DNA of 64,000 nucleotides, taken from Diadema antillarum (Eukaryota). A program made the translations under genes and the position numbers. Every line of letters begins with the position of its first letter. Position 1 is the first letter of the stretch. The notes below the pieces were generated by a model. That model worked only from the letters and a program-made list of their open reading frames with translations. It did not search any database and was not told the DNA's origin. Shown one piece after another: positions 23,870 to 37,778 of the stretch. The stretch covers positions 372,001-436,000 of the forward strand of contig NW_027272307.1 of assembly GCF_040938485.1 (NCBI RefSeq), read 5' to 3'.

Positions 23870-25913
23870 CCTCCCTTTCTCAAATTGATCAGAATTTAAA
23901 AACCCTTCATCGACGTTGCAAGTCGAACATCCCATTCGGAATCACAGAATCTTTTTTTTACCACTAACATGCCTAAAGAAAAAGCAGACACGTTTGATTC
24001 ATTTTCACTTTCGAGGAAAGGTAAACGACTGCGTGAAAGGACTACCTGGATGCTCTAGGCTAAACGATTAAAAAGGGGGCAGAGGGTCGGTGGTAGAAAT
24101 CCAATCATTTGACAAACTGAGCCAGTTTACTTGATTGATGTTCGATTTCCAAACGCCAGTTCCTAATCGTGCCTTGAAAACGCTGGGCGGAGTTTTTCCC
24201 AGTCTGGGTGACTCAGTCAGCGTCAACGGAAGCAGCGAAACGGAAGCAGCGAAATAGGGTTAAAGCACCAAATTCTGCTCAAAAGCATTTTTTATTTCTC
24301 CCAGGTTCTCCTCTCTTTGCTGAACAATTATGTGGGAAGGGAAAAAGAATGAGATAGGAGTATAACGTCTATTCCGGCAGACGAACGATGTTTCCAGATT
24401 TTAATTTTCCAGCACGATCAGAAAATGAGAAATCTCTCAGCTCTCTCCCTCTCTTTTTCCCACCAACGAGAAAATTGCTGTAAGCGATTACATCCTCCTT
24501 GCACGGCATCGCTCAGCTGGGGGCGTTGAGATAGTACCGAATTCAATCAACGTGGTAAATCACAAATCAGCAGGACCAGGCAAAATTTCGGGGTTGTTGT
24601 CTTCTCTTTATTTCATTTTCACAGAGTGTAATAGCATCGACAGGTTGTTTGAGATGAGCCTGCGATGGTTTCATCGGCAAAATGAAAATTGAAACCCTCT
24701 TCCTGCCTGATACGGGACGAGAGAGAAGAGAGATACAAAGAGAAAGATGGAGTTGGACATTAATGACTAACAAGAATTTGTGCCGGTGCGAGACGATTAC
24801 AGTCAATGTATCATGAGTATCACAATGCATTTCGGTTAATCTGCGACATTTCTATAATTTCAACGTTATCTAATTTCTGCTAAACTATCATATCATCATG
24901 TTATTATTATAATAGTTTCTTTATTTGGATTCTTTGAAATTCGCCTGACTTTGATTACCTCTTGATGCCTCTCTCACTGATGGAATAAATTCATACAATA
25001 AAACATATCATGAATACTATAGTCATAAATATAACATGGCATCAAAGCACTAGTAGTTCATCTTTCACCCCCCCCCCAAAAAAAAAAACAACAACAACAA
25101 AAAACAACTGTTCATTTAGGAGTTGGTAATAGAGGGTGTTGTTACAGACTCCAGAAGCATTTTTAACTTTGCGTTTAAATAATGATCTATCCAATTTTGT
25201 GATGTCATACAAACAGGACAACGAGGTAATCCAAAGCTTTAAGTCTTGACTGAAGTAATATACTATCAGGGCGATTAGAAGAACAAGGAAGAACCCTTCT
25301 TATCACAACATACATAATAATCATATTCGTGTGCGCTCCATCATGGAGGGAAAGAGTTTATACCACCTACAGATTGATCATCAACAACATTTTCATCATT
25401 CAACTATTCAACATGAAATATAGTCGTTTTGAGGGTAATATTAAACTGATCAATAAATTGTGATGTTTTTATCCTGTCAGGGATGTTATTGCACGGCTTG
25501 GGATCCGATGATTTCATGATCTTGCACCATTGAACAGTGTATATTTATTCTATATACGTGGGCCTACATAGGCATACAGGGGAACAAGTATAAGAGTTTG
25601 GACTGAGATATCAAGATGCCTATATTGGGAAGATATTATACCAGCGATTCCTGTGGATAGGAAGTAGCAAGATCGCTTGCTAAAAACAAACGAACAAACA
25701 AACAAACAAACAAAAAATTACAAGAGATATTATTTTCAATTTTGTGAACATTCAATGATAGATGATCTTTGTTGTTGTGTTGTGTTTTAAAGAGAGAAGA
25801 GAGAAAAAAATGGGGCCCTATGCAACAAATAATTTGCCCCAGACAATGCAGACATATCAAACATGATGAATCTTAAAAGTATCAAACAAGAATATTAGAT
25901 ATACCATAGTGAA

Positions 25914-26142
25914 GTCTCCACGAGGGAGCTCATAAAGTCTCCACGAGGGAGCTCATAAAGTCTCCACAAGGGAGCTCATAAAGTCTCCACGAGGGAGCTC
26001 ATAAAGTCTCCACAAGGGAGCTCATAAAGTCTCCACGAGGGAGCTCATAAAGTCTCCACAAGGGAGCTCATAAAGTCTCCACGAGGGAGCTCATAAAGTC
26101 TCCACAAGGGAGCTCATAAAGTCTCCACGAGGGAGCTCATAA
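25914..26142. repeat. 23-bp minisatellite (gtctccacRagggagctcataaa), 10 units plus 2 degenerate units
   Basis: Units start at 25914, 25937 ... 26121. There are no spacers. Confidence 0.98.
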
Positions 26143-26335
26143 TGGATGTCTCCGCAGTGGAGCTCATACAAAATAACTCCACAAAGGAGGTTATACAAAT
26201 ATTTATTATTAGAGTGATATTATTCAGTGCCAGAAATAATAATCATGTCTCAAAAATAAAGTTCATAATAAAAGAATACTATAAGGTGAAAATCTATTCA
26301 ACCGAATGATCTGTGTAACCCCAAAACGCTAATAC

Positions 26336-26400
26336 GGCTGTCGGACTTGAATCCTGGACATCAAGGTTGAGAACCCGTGGTGTTATCCCTCTGAGCTTCC
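26336..26400 (-). mobile_element. Degenerate tRNA-derived SINE head or tRNA pseudogene
   Basis: A-box-like agctcagaggg and B-box-like ggattcaagtcc at tRNA-like spacing. I could not build a convincing cloverleaf. Confidence 0.35.
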
Positions 26401-29113
26401 CATATACTCATCTGTGAGTGGCGAGCTCGTTGAAGAGAATGGAAGACATACGCTTCACTCAACGTGCAATAACCTTGAAAACACAGTCTGGAATAAGAAT
26501 AGCATATAACTGGAGGTTGCGAGTCATCCACAAACTGTCGGAGGTGTTTTACCTGGCGCCTCTCAGAGGAATCAGTGAAGATGCTCCAGCCGCCAGCAAG
26601 TTTCTGTATAAAAATATCTTACCCCGTCCGCTTCCCTGCGCATTTGTCAACCAAGGCAGTCACCGTCTGTTTTAGCTCATCGTGGAGCATTTACCACTCA
26701 CTTTGCGCTGGATAACTGTGGAATACTCAACCAGCCAGTCGTTTTCATTGACATTTAGGATTTAACCGAAGTAAGACGACGGCCAGGTATGAAAGGAAAT
26801 TGGCGTGAAACTCAGCAGATGTTCTGAGATTGTAAGGGTGCTTGAGTTCGATTTGTAGGCGTCATTCTACTCTATACTGCCAGCTTGAATTGAAAGCAAA
26901 GCGATAACAAAAATAATCACTGAAATATACCGAGGGCGGGATTGCATCTTCCGTCTTCTTATTTTAAGAGAAATCCTCTCCCTGCTTTGTGCTGTGCACG
27001 GACGATAATGAAATATGAAAGTTATCTCAAAGACGGGTAACTCTAAGCTGTGTGATCTGCATTAGATCTAAAAATGGCTCCATGTAAAGCCAAAGAGGGA
27101 GTTTTCTCATCATAAGTTAAAAGGAGTACAAACCCCATCTCATTATCAGTGACTGGATCATTCTAAAGAAAATTAAATCGTTGATCTTTGTTTTTTCTGT
27201 GCTGTATGATGATGTTCAAATAAACGGCAAAAGGCTAACATAAGTTGTTCAAATCTAACTGACACATTCAAGATGTATCATCGCGCAAGTAAAGTACTTT
27301 CGAAATTACTATTCCAACACAACTGACTATGTATAAGACGATTGAATATGGTTATTCCGTCACTCAGACAAATATTCACTTTTTGATATCTAGCCAACAA
27401 TTTCAACGATGATATTTCTATGATATTATTTTTGTATGATAGTGATCATGAAAAAGACAGTGGAACTTTGGTTTTTGAACTGAAAGTATTGTAGAAAAGC
27501 GTTTCTACTGTCACATTACACATCATGTAATGATTATAAATACATTTGCGAACTTATCCTCTGCGAGCGAAGCACAAGGTATTTCATTTTTTTTTTTCAA
27601 ACATGATTTATTTGACGTTTGTCCTTGCATTAAACAGTAGTCAGTTTTATATGGAAGATGAAAATAATAATGCTTATGATATTTCTTAAAGTTATTAATT
27701 GATTGGCAATAATGGTAAAGTATATCATCACCACTATTTCTCCTATCACCGCTAACGCTGATTCAGGTGACATAAGGCAATAGTGGTGAAGATGATGAAA
27801 CTGACAAAATAATCATCAATCTAATTAAAAGCCTAATTGAGATGCTTATTTTAACGTTTTCGGTACCGCTTTTTGTGCCTCATTCCGTCATCTGTATATT
27901 GAGTAAAATGAATTTACAATGAGGTGCATGATCGTGTCGTGGAGAAAGCTCGTTTCCTCCTGAACTTTTTACAGTCAAGCGAAAACTTGCGTGACACTTT
28001 ACAATGATTTACATCTCATGCTAGCCGAAAAAGTGAGGAGAATCCTTTTTTACCGAACGATCATTTGATTACAGTGAAAGTGATACACTGTTCGCTGTAC
28101 CGTTAGCTTCAGCTTCTCACATTCCCTTTGTATGACTGGCAATTGAATTTTTATCGGCGTCTGATAGATTATTCAGACATTCAAGGAAATTTCAGCGTAA
28201 TGTGGTCTTTGAGGATCGCCTTTTCTTCCTTTCTTTCTATCTTTCTTTCTTTCTTTTTTGTCTGTCTGTCTGTCTGTCTTTCCTTCTTTCTTTTTCTCTC
28301 ATCTCTAATTTCGTCGCCACTATCGACGTTTTTCTCCCCTTTCAATGTGATAAAGTTCAATTCAACGGATGTTCAAATTTGCTTGTATGAGAAGAGTCAA
28401 ACCAAAACGTAAAGAAGTGCAAACTTTCATTGAAATATGACATGAAGCAAAGAGCGGTGTGGGACTTTAAAGTTTACATTTTGTATGAAATTGGTCGGCA
28501 CCACATAATGACGGTAATTATTCATAATGTGATTACTTTATCAAGTCTTGCTTGACAATGGAATGGGACCCCACTGTCAAAATGTTTATCTAGTAAGCCG
28601 CATGTGTTTACAACAGCGATTTTTTAAAGTAAAAAACAAACAAACATACATACAGACAACCCAGGAATTTTGATAGCATATGCTCAAGGAGTCCATACAA
28701 ATTGTACCGTCATATCACTTACCCTGACATTTTTGTTTGTTTGTGTGTTGTTGCTGTTGTTGCGGCTTTTTTTTGGGGGGGGGGGGGTGGTGGGGACGAT
28801 GTATCACAATTGACTTGGTGTAAAGTTTAGACAGAGCTGTGACTAGAAGAAAGTAGCAACGATATGCTGCTGCTTCTGATTTTTGCCAAAATCATAATAA
28901 CAATTGTTAGCCACGGAGGGTATACAGGGCAGTAATATAGGCATGTGTATTTGGTGATTTCAGCTCTTGAGAGCTAAATCAACACTAGCGACCTGTGCTA
29001 TCAATTTTCTACTCTGATGTTTTGATGACTGAGCCATATCCACGGGCACTGCAATTTATGCCAGTGGCAATATTGATATACGAAGCAAATAGGGAGAATA
29101 TGTGTGTGTGCAA

Positions 29114-29172
<59 letters not shown>

Positions 29173-31535
29173 CGTGTGTGTGTGAGGGGACTTATGACTT
29201 CCGTTAGACACGCCGGTAGATCGTATCTCATGGGGTTGAAACAAAACCTACCTAGCGTGAACGAGTATGGAAGGCCGTGTGTTCATTAAGTAAGGCTGAT
29301 CAACCGATAAGAGCTGTAATGTACCGGTGATGTCATACTTTCCGTACATAGAGACCACTCGCATCTAAGTGACGCTTTAAAGGCACACTCTATGCTGATT
29401 CGGACACCTGGTGGAGATGGTTAGCAGTGAAACAGTCTAAACTCATAAGGTTGACCTGAGACAGGAATAGGTGGGCTCGTGTTCTTCTCTGCTGCAATAG
29501 ACAGGACACTAACAAGCTCAATGAACATAGCACGACAAAAATGCCCTGCTTATAATTATTAGAGTTTGTAAAACACTGTGGTATGGAAGTTTGATGTAGA
29601 TATGAGCCCATTCACCTGCCTTCTACTCACTATGTGTACTGGGGTAGTGCAACTGAAAACTCATTTTCTGCCGTTAGGCAATATTAGACATATCGTGGAC
29701 ATGTATGTATATCGTATTCTGTCAAGCGATTATAGTGCCCTCACCCAATCAGGTTTCTCATTGTAGCCAGATCGAGGCACCAGCTGCTGAGAATTCCAAA
29801 CAGAACCACGTGTACTGAACTGACATAGAAATGACATAGTAAACGAAATGGAGCTGAAGTGAACATTAAAAACCGGCGCCACTAAATGGGAATCAAACAT
29901 GTCGTCCCTGTCAGTTGGTACGATCTAAATGCCATTAACCTTCCACAATACACTATGGGAGTCGGTGGGGGAAGACATTTTGTTTACGCCCTCGATCCGT
30001 TGATAATATCAATCTACCGGTACTCATTATGAGCGAAGTCGTGTGGCTTGGTAACACAACGTCAAGAAACCCGCTGCCCTGGAAATTACATTTGGATTAC
30101 GATTTAATGTGTCGCCGATGAAAAATCAATGCACTCAACAAGAGTTGTACGGCTATAGTGAAATCAAGAAGGGAGAAACTAGGTTACTGTGATAATATTG
30201 TCGCCGTATGATGTAGTTAAGGTGGATCATCTTTAGCCGTAGCATAGGGGAAAGCACAAGATTAGCAAAGCGATAGCTTATTAAGAAATCAAATTGACTG
30301 AGTTGACAAACATGTTATTAGAAAAATTGACGAAACTCGCACCTGAACCTTCACCCCTCGGAAAAAATATCTTTCTTTCATGTTGTTGAAATGTTTGTAG
30401 TAACATTGAGTGTAGAATTCCATGGTATACTATGGCACGAGGTTTGCCATAAGACGAGAATGTGTGTGGAATATTCAACAGCATTTGTTTAACGAATAAG
30501 TCGAAAATTAATCTCGTGCACCTCAGTTTACACGACAAGCTTGACATATACATCCTCATCAATTTGCAGAGAGCTGTATGAATGGCTTTTGCAAGTTGAA
30601 ATATCGACTTTCTTTCCACGTTTCCATTTGCATGCATTAACCTTGAGAGTTCGTCCATATATCAAAATGATGAATGTTAATTTCCCACCTTTGATCTGAA
30701 TGATCTTTGACAACGCATTGTAGCTGGTATCATCTGTAGTACAAGCTATTAAGTTTTGTTGTACTTATGACATGATTATAAACATGCTTCAATACATCGT
30801 TTCAATTAAAAGCTCAAAAGCAGTTTAACTCATAAATCAATGACCCACATTCTTCCTTTCTTTTCCGGGTTATTCACTTTGTTTTCTAGTAGAGCTCGAA
30901 CCTTTTAGTCACGAGGGTATTGCATTATGAAACAAATTACCAAAGAGTGAAAAAAAAAAACACACTGACGTGACATTGATGTTTAGAAGGCATTATTGCT
31001 AACTGATTTCATGCTGCGTATCCTTATCTAAATTCCGGAATAAGATCATTTTTATCAAGAAAAACAAATGAAAGAAAAATCACTCATGTTTATCTTTATA
31101 GATATATCTTTATAATCAGAAAAAGAGACACGGGAATGACATAATGAAATATCTGGAATTTTGTAGCACTTTAGATAGCTTACATTAAATCTTAAGACGA
31201 CTGACAATGATATCATGTTATATTGCTGTATCATTGTGAGACATCGGATGCCACATGAAAAAGGCAACTTAACCATCTCATCGAGATTTTGTCCAAAAAC
31301 AAACAAATAAACAAACAAACAAAGAAACAAACAAGAAACACCCAAACAGTGTGAAATAAAAGTGAACGATATAATTGAAACCAGGAAAAGGAATGTTTAT
31401 TTAGTTTGAATATTCCTTTATACATCTTATTAAAGTTTTGCCCATTAATGGTGCACCATGTTTCATGCGCGTTATTTTTCTAGTGTAAATCTCGTTGACG
31501 ATAAGCTAGCACAGAATAAAAAGATTTGACATGAT

Positions 31536-32075
31536 ACTCTCTAAAAAAAACCCGAACGAAATGTTCACTCTTGAAGGAGTGAATAACAGAAAAGAGTGAA
31601 TTTAGAGTGAAATTGGAGTGAATTTTGAGTGAAAATGTTCATTTTCACTCATTTTAGAGGGACCTCAGGGATCAGTCCAAAATCTTCGAGTGATCCCTGA
31701 GGTCACTCCAAAATGAGTGAAAATGAACCTCAAAATTCACTCCAATTTCGCTCTAAATTCACACTTTTTTGTTATTCACTCTTTCAAGAGTGAATATTTG
31801 AAGAGTTTGTTTGCAAAAAACCGATAATTCCATATTTGCCAAATGGAGATATTTGCGATTTAAGGTCAAGAAAAATAAAGAGAATAATAAGAAAATTTTT
31901 GCTTCTTTTGACCATAACTTCAAAATTATGCCTTTATATGTAGTGACCAATATATCATTTTAAAGGTATTATTTTGTACTTTATGACAGCGATCGTACTT
32001 CAAAATCTTCAAAAATGGACTTATCGGTTTTTGTAAACAAACCCTTCATTTTCACTCGATTTTTTTTTAGAGAGT
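31536..32075. mobile_element. CACTA-like palindromic MITE interrupted by a second MITE
   Basis: Termini actctctaaaaaaaa / ttttttttagagagt with AT on both flanks. Internal ~110-bp inverted arms (31561-31674 vs 31691-31799) are built from gagtgaa units. Confidence 0.8.
31800..32047. mobile_element. Nested GAAG...CTTC MITE (Sola1-like), 248 bp
   Basis: ~33-bp TIR gaagagtttgtttgcaaaaaaccgataattccat / atggacttatcggtttttgtaaacaaacccttc, with ATTT on both flanks. Confidence 0.8.
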
Positions 32076-35000
32076 ATGTTTTTTTTTTAATCCCGTGACC
32101 ATTATTTAACCGCCGTCGACCCTAGACAGAGTTAACATGATGTAAGGTCTAGATGTCGTCTATGTTGCAAGTAGAGATTAACTGTAAAAGAAGAAGGTGA
32201 GATTTTTATCTTCCAAGGTGACATGGATGTCTTGATTCCACATGAGTTAGCTTCACTCGGGTAGTATGTCTGGATGACCACTATCCGGGGCGAGATGTTC
32301 AAGATAACGCGGAGAGTCATCCCATTAAGACGACTGAAACACAGGAGACGAATTTTGTACCGTTGTGTGCCCGCTCGACTTATTCAAGTAAAAATGAACC
32401 ATAAGAATAACTTAAACAGTTGAAATAAAGTATTAAAGAATAAAATATAAAAGTAAAGATTCAAGATATTGCAAGCAAGAATGTTATCCAAAAAAGTCTC
32501 ATTTATAACCTTTTTAAGAATAATTCCAATTCAAAAAAAAAAAACCATAACTGATCTTTTACAATAACTTCACGAAACTGTTAGCCATCTCTTTACCAGT
32601 TGTTATAGTGAAACAGAAGTGAGTCTTTTTTCTTTTCTTATTTTTTATCACGGTCTCATTCATTGAAACAATTTATTTAGTGAATCGAAGAGCTCCAAGT
32701 TCTGTAACTTATCAGTCATAAATTGCCCTTTCATGTACACTTTTTGCAGAGTACATTTGTGATGTATATTTTGCATATATTTATGAGTACTATTCTCCAA
32801 GTAATGCATTTGAATCTACAAAAACTGTGTTATCTTTATTCTGTGTTATGCTGTAATGTAATAAGTGAGAGCCTTTTGCCACTAAAACAGGGCAAAGTGA
32901 TCTGATGCTGCGGCATTTCAACATTATAGATTTCGCTACCGGAGTAGAGACATCTTTTCAATACGTCGTTACGTCGAGGTACTGTATATTGTATCATTAT
33001 TCATGTGTGTTCTGTAATGCTTTTAGCAAACTGACAGACGGTAAGTTTAGTCGTCTTATTTACTCGGGTTTTTTCGCCCCCGTTGAGAGCGGGATATTTG
33101 CACACAAATAGAAACTCTTTACTGTCACGTGCACAAATCCTTCTCGAGAAAACTGCTCGGGGTACTGACCTGGAATTTCGACTTTATCCGATTACGCAAG
33201 AGAAAAAGAAAGAGAGAGTGAATGAGGGTGAGAGGGTGAAAGAGAGAGAGAGAGAGAAGGAGAGGGGAACTTACCGTGGGAGAGAATAGTTCACGTCACC
33301 ACGGATAAACTACGTAGTATTGAGGGTATGACATTGTTGAACGACTTTCACAGGGCTGCGATTATTCACGCCGTTGTGTTAAGCTACCTGCCGAACTCCG
33401 TACAGTTGGCAGAGTCTAGCCTACATATTTTCTTTTCGATCAGCTCGCACGTGAAAATGCATTCAGAGACTGGTGTCCCTTTGTCGGTGAATGAGTTAGG
33501 CGCCACGGGTTGGCATACCTGGCGTGGCTACGTGAGGCGACATGAGGCGAGGGATAGGGCACCAGCTCTTGCAGCTGTTGCATTTCTGTCTGTTTGCTAC
33601 ATGGTACAGAGATATCATGAGAACATTAAAGGAAATTTCATTCCGATCATTAATGTCTCCATCGCTAGTTCGACTCAGAATCACTCTGCCATACTAGGAA
33701 GCCAATGATTCCGTTAATCATGATTAGCAGCTTACAAAGACACGTACTTCTTGAAGATAGAAATATTTTCTGTCGGTTTTTGCTTTCATGACACTATAGC
33801 GCTAAACAAGGCCGGTGCCCAGTATCGATTAAAAGAGATAGTGACATTGTAAGTGGAATATAATTTTTTTTTTTAACTGTGGAAATAGATTTATAAATGA
33901 GTCAGTATTAGAAATAAAATTATACATCTGTGGCATTCGAATGGACTTTGATGTTTTCTTTTGGAAAAAGCAGCAATCATGTAAATTGGAGATGGTAACT
34001 TGTCACCATGCTTGATGTTCCTTGAAGCAGGTTGTTTCAACGTGAATGTAAATAATTACCTTTATAGAGTAATATGTATTAAAGCCAGGAAAATTACAGG
34101 GTACCGAGCTGGCTATAAAGAAATAAGAAATTGCTATACACAAATATATTATAAAGATTTTTTTTTGCCGTATGTACCGAATGATATTATGAAAGCCTAT
34201 ATTTTCAGATATGAAATTTAGTGCGGGTTTTAGCGTGCGGACATGGAGTTTACATTTTTCTGGATGGATGTAAATGAAAGATTCTCTACACTTACTGTAC
34301 GTCAAAATTTAAGAGCCGTTTTTATTTTCTCCAAAACTCTGTTTATGGTTTCTTGGGGGCAAAAAGAGGAAAACACTTGTAATTGGAAAACTTATAATAG
34401 ACATAAGTTCATGGCATCCTCAATACCAACCAAATCTGATAATCGATGTCCGGCCACGTTATCAGGTTATTGTGGTGACGGATCACAAATAATGTCCCCC
34501 AAGCAAGGTGGAATGTAGAATGAAATAGATACTCGGCATAATCCAATGCGTTGATAGCATTTTCCACTCGGGCTATACATGAAATAATTTGAAACTGTCC
34601 TTTAATGTATACATTCGACACAGGCAGACGATACAACAGCAGCGTACACAGGACTTACTGCATGATGATGGCAGATGGCCAATGGATTTTGGCGGGATCT
34701 ACTCTGGGGAAGCTAAGGGGCGGTCCAATAATGCAGGGGGGCTCTAAGAGCCTCTATTGTAGCGTCATAACTAACCCGGAATAACACTGATAATAGGTGA
34801 AAGTTGTCGGTATTATGACAACGTTATTCTTTCGATAGAGGTAGGGGCCTATACGGAATCGCGTAGTGTGTTAACTTGAGCTGTGTGTGCTCCTGTGCAT
34901 TCTGTGTGTCTACCTGTGTCAATGTGTGTGTCTGGGTGCTGTGTTTGTATCTGTATCTGTGTCTGTGTGTCTGTATTGTTTTGTGTGTCTGCTTGTTTTG

Positions 35001-35106
35001 TCGTCATTATCATTGCTGTTGACGATTACGCATGTTATTCTCTCATGTTTCAGCTTGAAACAGATAGAATAATTTTTAAGGCAATTCAAAATAAGTACTT
35101 GCAATT

Positions 35107-35352
35107 GAAGAGTTATATCGCAAAATCAGCTAACTCCATTCTTGTTAAGTTGAGATATGCGCGATTAAAGCTGCTAAACAGAGAAAATAATAAGAAAATA
35201 CAGGATATTTTTGGATCATAACATCTAGAATATTCCTTGTTATGTTACAAGAGAGGTAATATTGGAAAGGTTTAATTTTGATCTATCTGATGATGGACTT
35301 ACTTTGAAGTGTTTAGATATGGCGCTTAGCCCATTTTGCAATAAAACTCTTC
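35107..35352. mobile_element. Diverged copy of the GAAG...CTTC MITE family
   Basis: TIR gaagagttatatcgcaaaat / attttgcaataaaactcttc. The internal sequence aligns with 31800-32047 and 56572-56831. Confidence 0.7.
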
Positions 35353-36019
35353 AAGGATTGTTTCGATATTTTCCTACGGGTGCACAAATTTAACCCTATC
35401 AGTAGTTTTGACACTCATTACCTATGTTGAGAAGTAGAGAGATCATTAACTAATCAAAGCTTGTATTTGATGCTGCTCTGCTATTTTATGAATGTAATTC
35501 CTTGTATCTCTGCACTTGCTCTTGCTGAGGTTTTTTTTTTAAGATTTTGAAAGGAAATAAGATGTAATTATGATGATTATGGCTGGAAGTGAAACTAATA
35601 ACATAATACACAACAGCAAACAATGGCAAACAAAAGTGACAATCGCAACATTTTGAACTTTTTCTAAAACAGAATGTAATTCAGAAGAAACCCTTTGAAA
35701 CGGCAAATACTCCTTGTGAACGTTTGAGCAAGCAAAAGTGGAATATGTTTACCTGTGTGTTTGTTAATAATGTGTGTGCATATACAATTTATACAAATAT
35801 AATAGTAAAACAAACATTTTCACTTCTTTCTGACAAATTATGATAATGAGCTAACTAAACGAGAATTACATCTGTATATAGACTCCATAGGGTAACAAGA
35901 CGAGATGGGACAATGCGTCCCCCCCCCCCCCCCCCCCCCACTCACGCACACAGTCATACAAGAGAAAATAGAAGGCCTTATACTCTCCAAATAAACCAAT
36001 GTCACATGGACTTCTTCAT

Positions 36020-36236
36020 CCAGGGTAGCCTCTTTGGTGTTGCCACTGTTCTACCATGCAGAGGACTCTGCCATTATTATCATTACCCTATAGCGTTGCC
36101 AGCTACCCATTTATACAGCTGGGTCGGGAGGGATATGGTGAGTAAAAACATTTTGCCCAAGGAGAGGTATAACAGGACCTTGAGGGGATTCGAACTCAGG
36201 ACGTCAAGAATCTTATCCACTATGCCACAGTACCCC
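36020..36236 (-). mobile_element. tRNA-derived SINE
   Basis: On the minus strand: A-box tggcatagtggataa, B-box gagttcgaatcc, then tccttgggcaa and the core acccagctgtataaatgggta, as in metazoan core-domain SINEs. Confidence 0.75.
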
Positions 36237-37624
36237 CGAATGTGTAAAACTCCATTATCTTATTCTTTACATCGAGGCAATATATTACTGTTTCAAAAAT
36301 AATGAATACGTAATGTTTTCGGCATACAGTCAGTATAATATACATGCTACGAAGCTATCCATGCCAGCATGGAGATAATGTGTTATTGGACAACGCAATG
36401 AAATGATATTCCTAAAATAAAGCAGGCCGTAATAACAAAAACAACAGCAATACACATTCTGAGATGCTATCTTGCGACAAATGGTTCGTTACTAAAGACA
36501 ACGTTAATCCACCTAATAGGCCCCACTTCACAAGAATATCATTACTAAACATGTAGGTCAACGACACCACAAGACGGGCCGATCTTTCAGCGTTGTTCAT
36601 TTCGGTAGGCTGAAGATTTTGACTGTTTCCGTCAAAACAACAGAGGGCGGTCAAGCAGTTTGGGTCTGGCGACGGTATTGAATGATCATACGTTACGGTG
36701 GTACTCTTCAAGGCATGAGTCTCGACGGGCTCACCAACTGTATGCGAGATTGAACTAAAATTGTCTTGAAAGCGGTTCAGACGTAGCCAAGCGGTTTACA
36801 GAGCCACAGAATAAAATTCTCACTCTATAATTATAACAGTTCTAAGAACATTATCATATCCATCTTTCACCGTCCCTTGACTTTCAAGTGCCATAAGTAA
36901 AGACGCGTCTTTACCACCAATCTCTTGCAACAACATGTTCCCTGGTATCACCGTGAGGAAAATTATTGCGCCCAAAGATACAAGCATTTATACATTCCTA
37001 CCATCTTGACCTTTTTGGATATCTCAAAACGCTGAAGGATGTAAGAATACTGTATCATCCAGATTCGACACCCTCGAGATGGGGAAAAATCGTGAAAGAA
37101 CATTAATAAACACTAATAAACTTAGGCTCCTAATCTGGTTTTGGCCGCAGACTATAATCTTGATTTAGAATACAACATATCGAAATTTGTTTGTGGATGC
37201 CATTTATATCTTTGTGGTTATTGACTGTAACTGTTGCGCTTATTTTCGTATTATGTAAAGGAATATTCAGAGGTAACATTCTATAACATCCATTTACGAT
37301 ACTGTGACACGAGTCTGTTACATATTTTTCTTTTCTGCGAATTATATGTCTGTGCAGATATGCATATAGCAGGTAACAACTTACTGGCTTTGCGTGTTAC
37401 ACACAATAATCATTATGTATGGTGTTTTGTGGGTTTTCATATACATATAATGTAATCATGTATAATTATGTGAAAAAGATAATGTTATATGAACTGTAGA
37501 GGGAGACAAAGTGAAGAAACTCGCACCTGATGTGTATATTGTTATGAAGTGGAATTGTTTATTTTCATGTAACATAAACAATAGACATTATACGTATATA
37601 AAAACCCACTGTCCATGTTACATG

Positions 37625-37625
<1 letters not shown>

Positions 37626-37684
<59 letters not shown>
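37626..37684. repeat. (AT)n microsatellite
   Basis: Seen directly. Similar tracts lie at 18322-18364 and ~20384-20420. Confidence 0.95.
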
Positions 37685-37689
<5 letters not shown>

Positions 37690-37778
37690 TTACTTATATA
37701 TATTATGTTGGGCTAACGTGCTGGGTTCGTATACTATATTAGACTTAAACATATATGTAAATAAAGTTTATATAATTA

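Noticed and set aside
11096-26142. CRISPR-like appearance of the 29-bp (11.1 kb) and 23-bp (25.9 kb) repeats
   Set aside because: There are no unique spacers and no cas genes, and the context is eukaryotic.
33275-33708. 126-aa plus ORF and a minus-strand donor at 33275/33274 in GC-rich DNA
   Set aside because: No recognisable domain. A single GTAAGT is expected by chance every few kb.
35107-35220. LRR/TLR-like peptide NSILVKLRYARLKLLN, shared with ~56750-56830
   Set aside because: The similarity lies inside the GAAG...CTTC MITE and is bounded by its TIRs, so it is not a TLR pseudogene.
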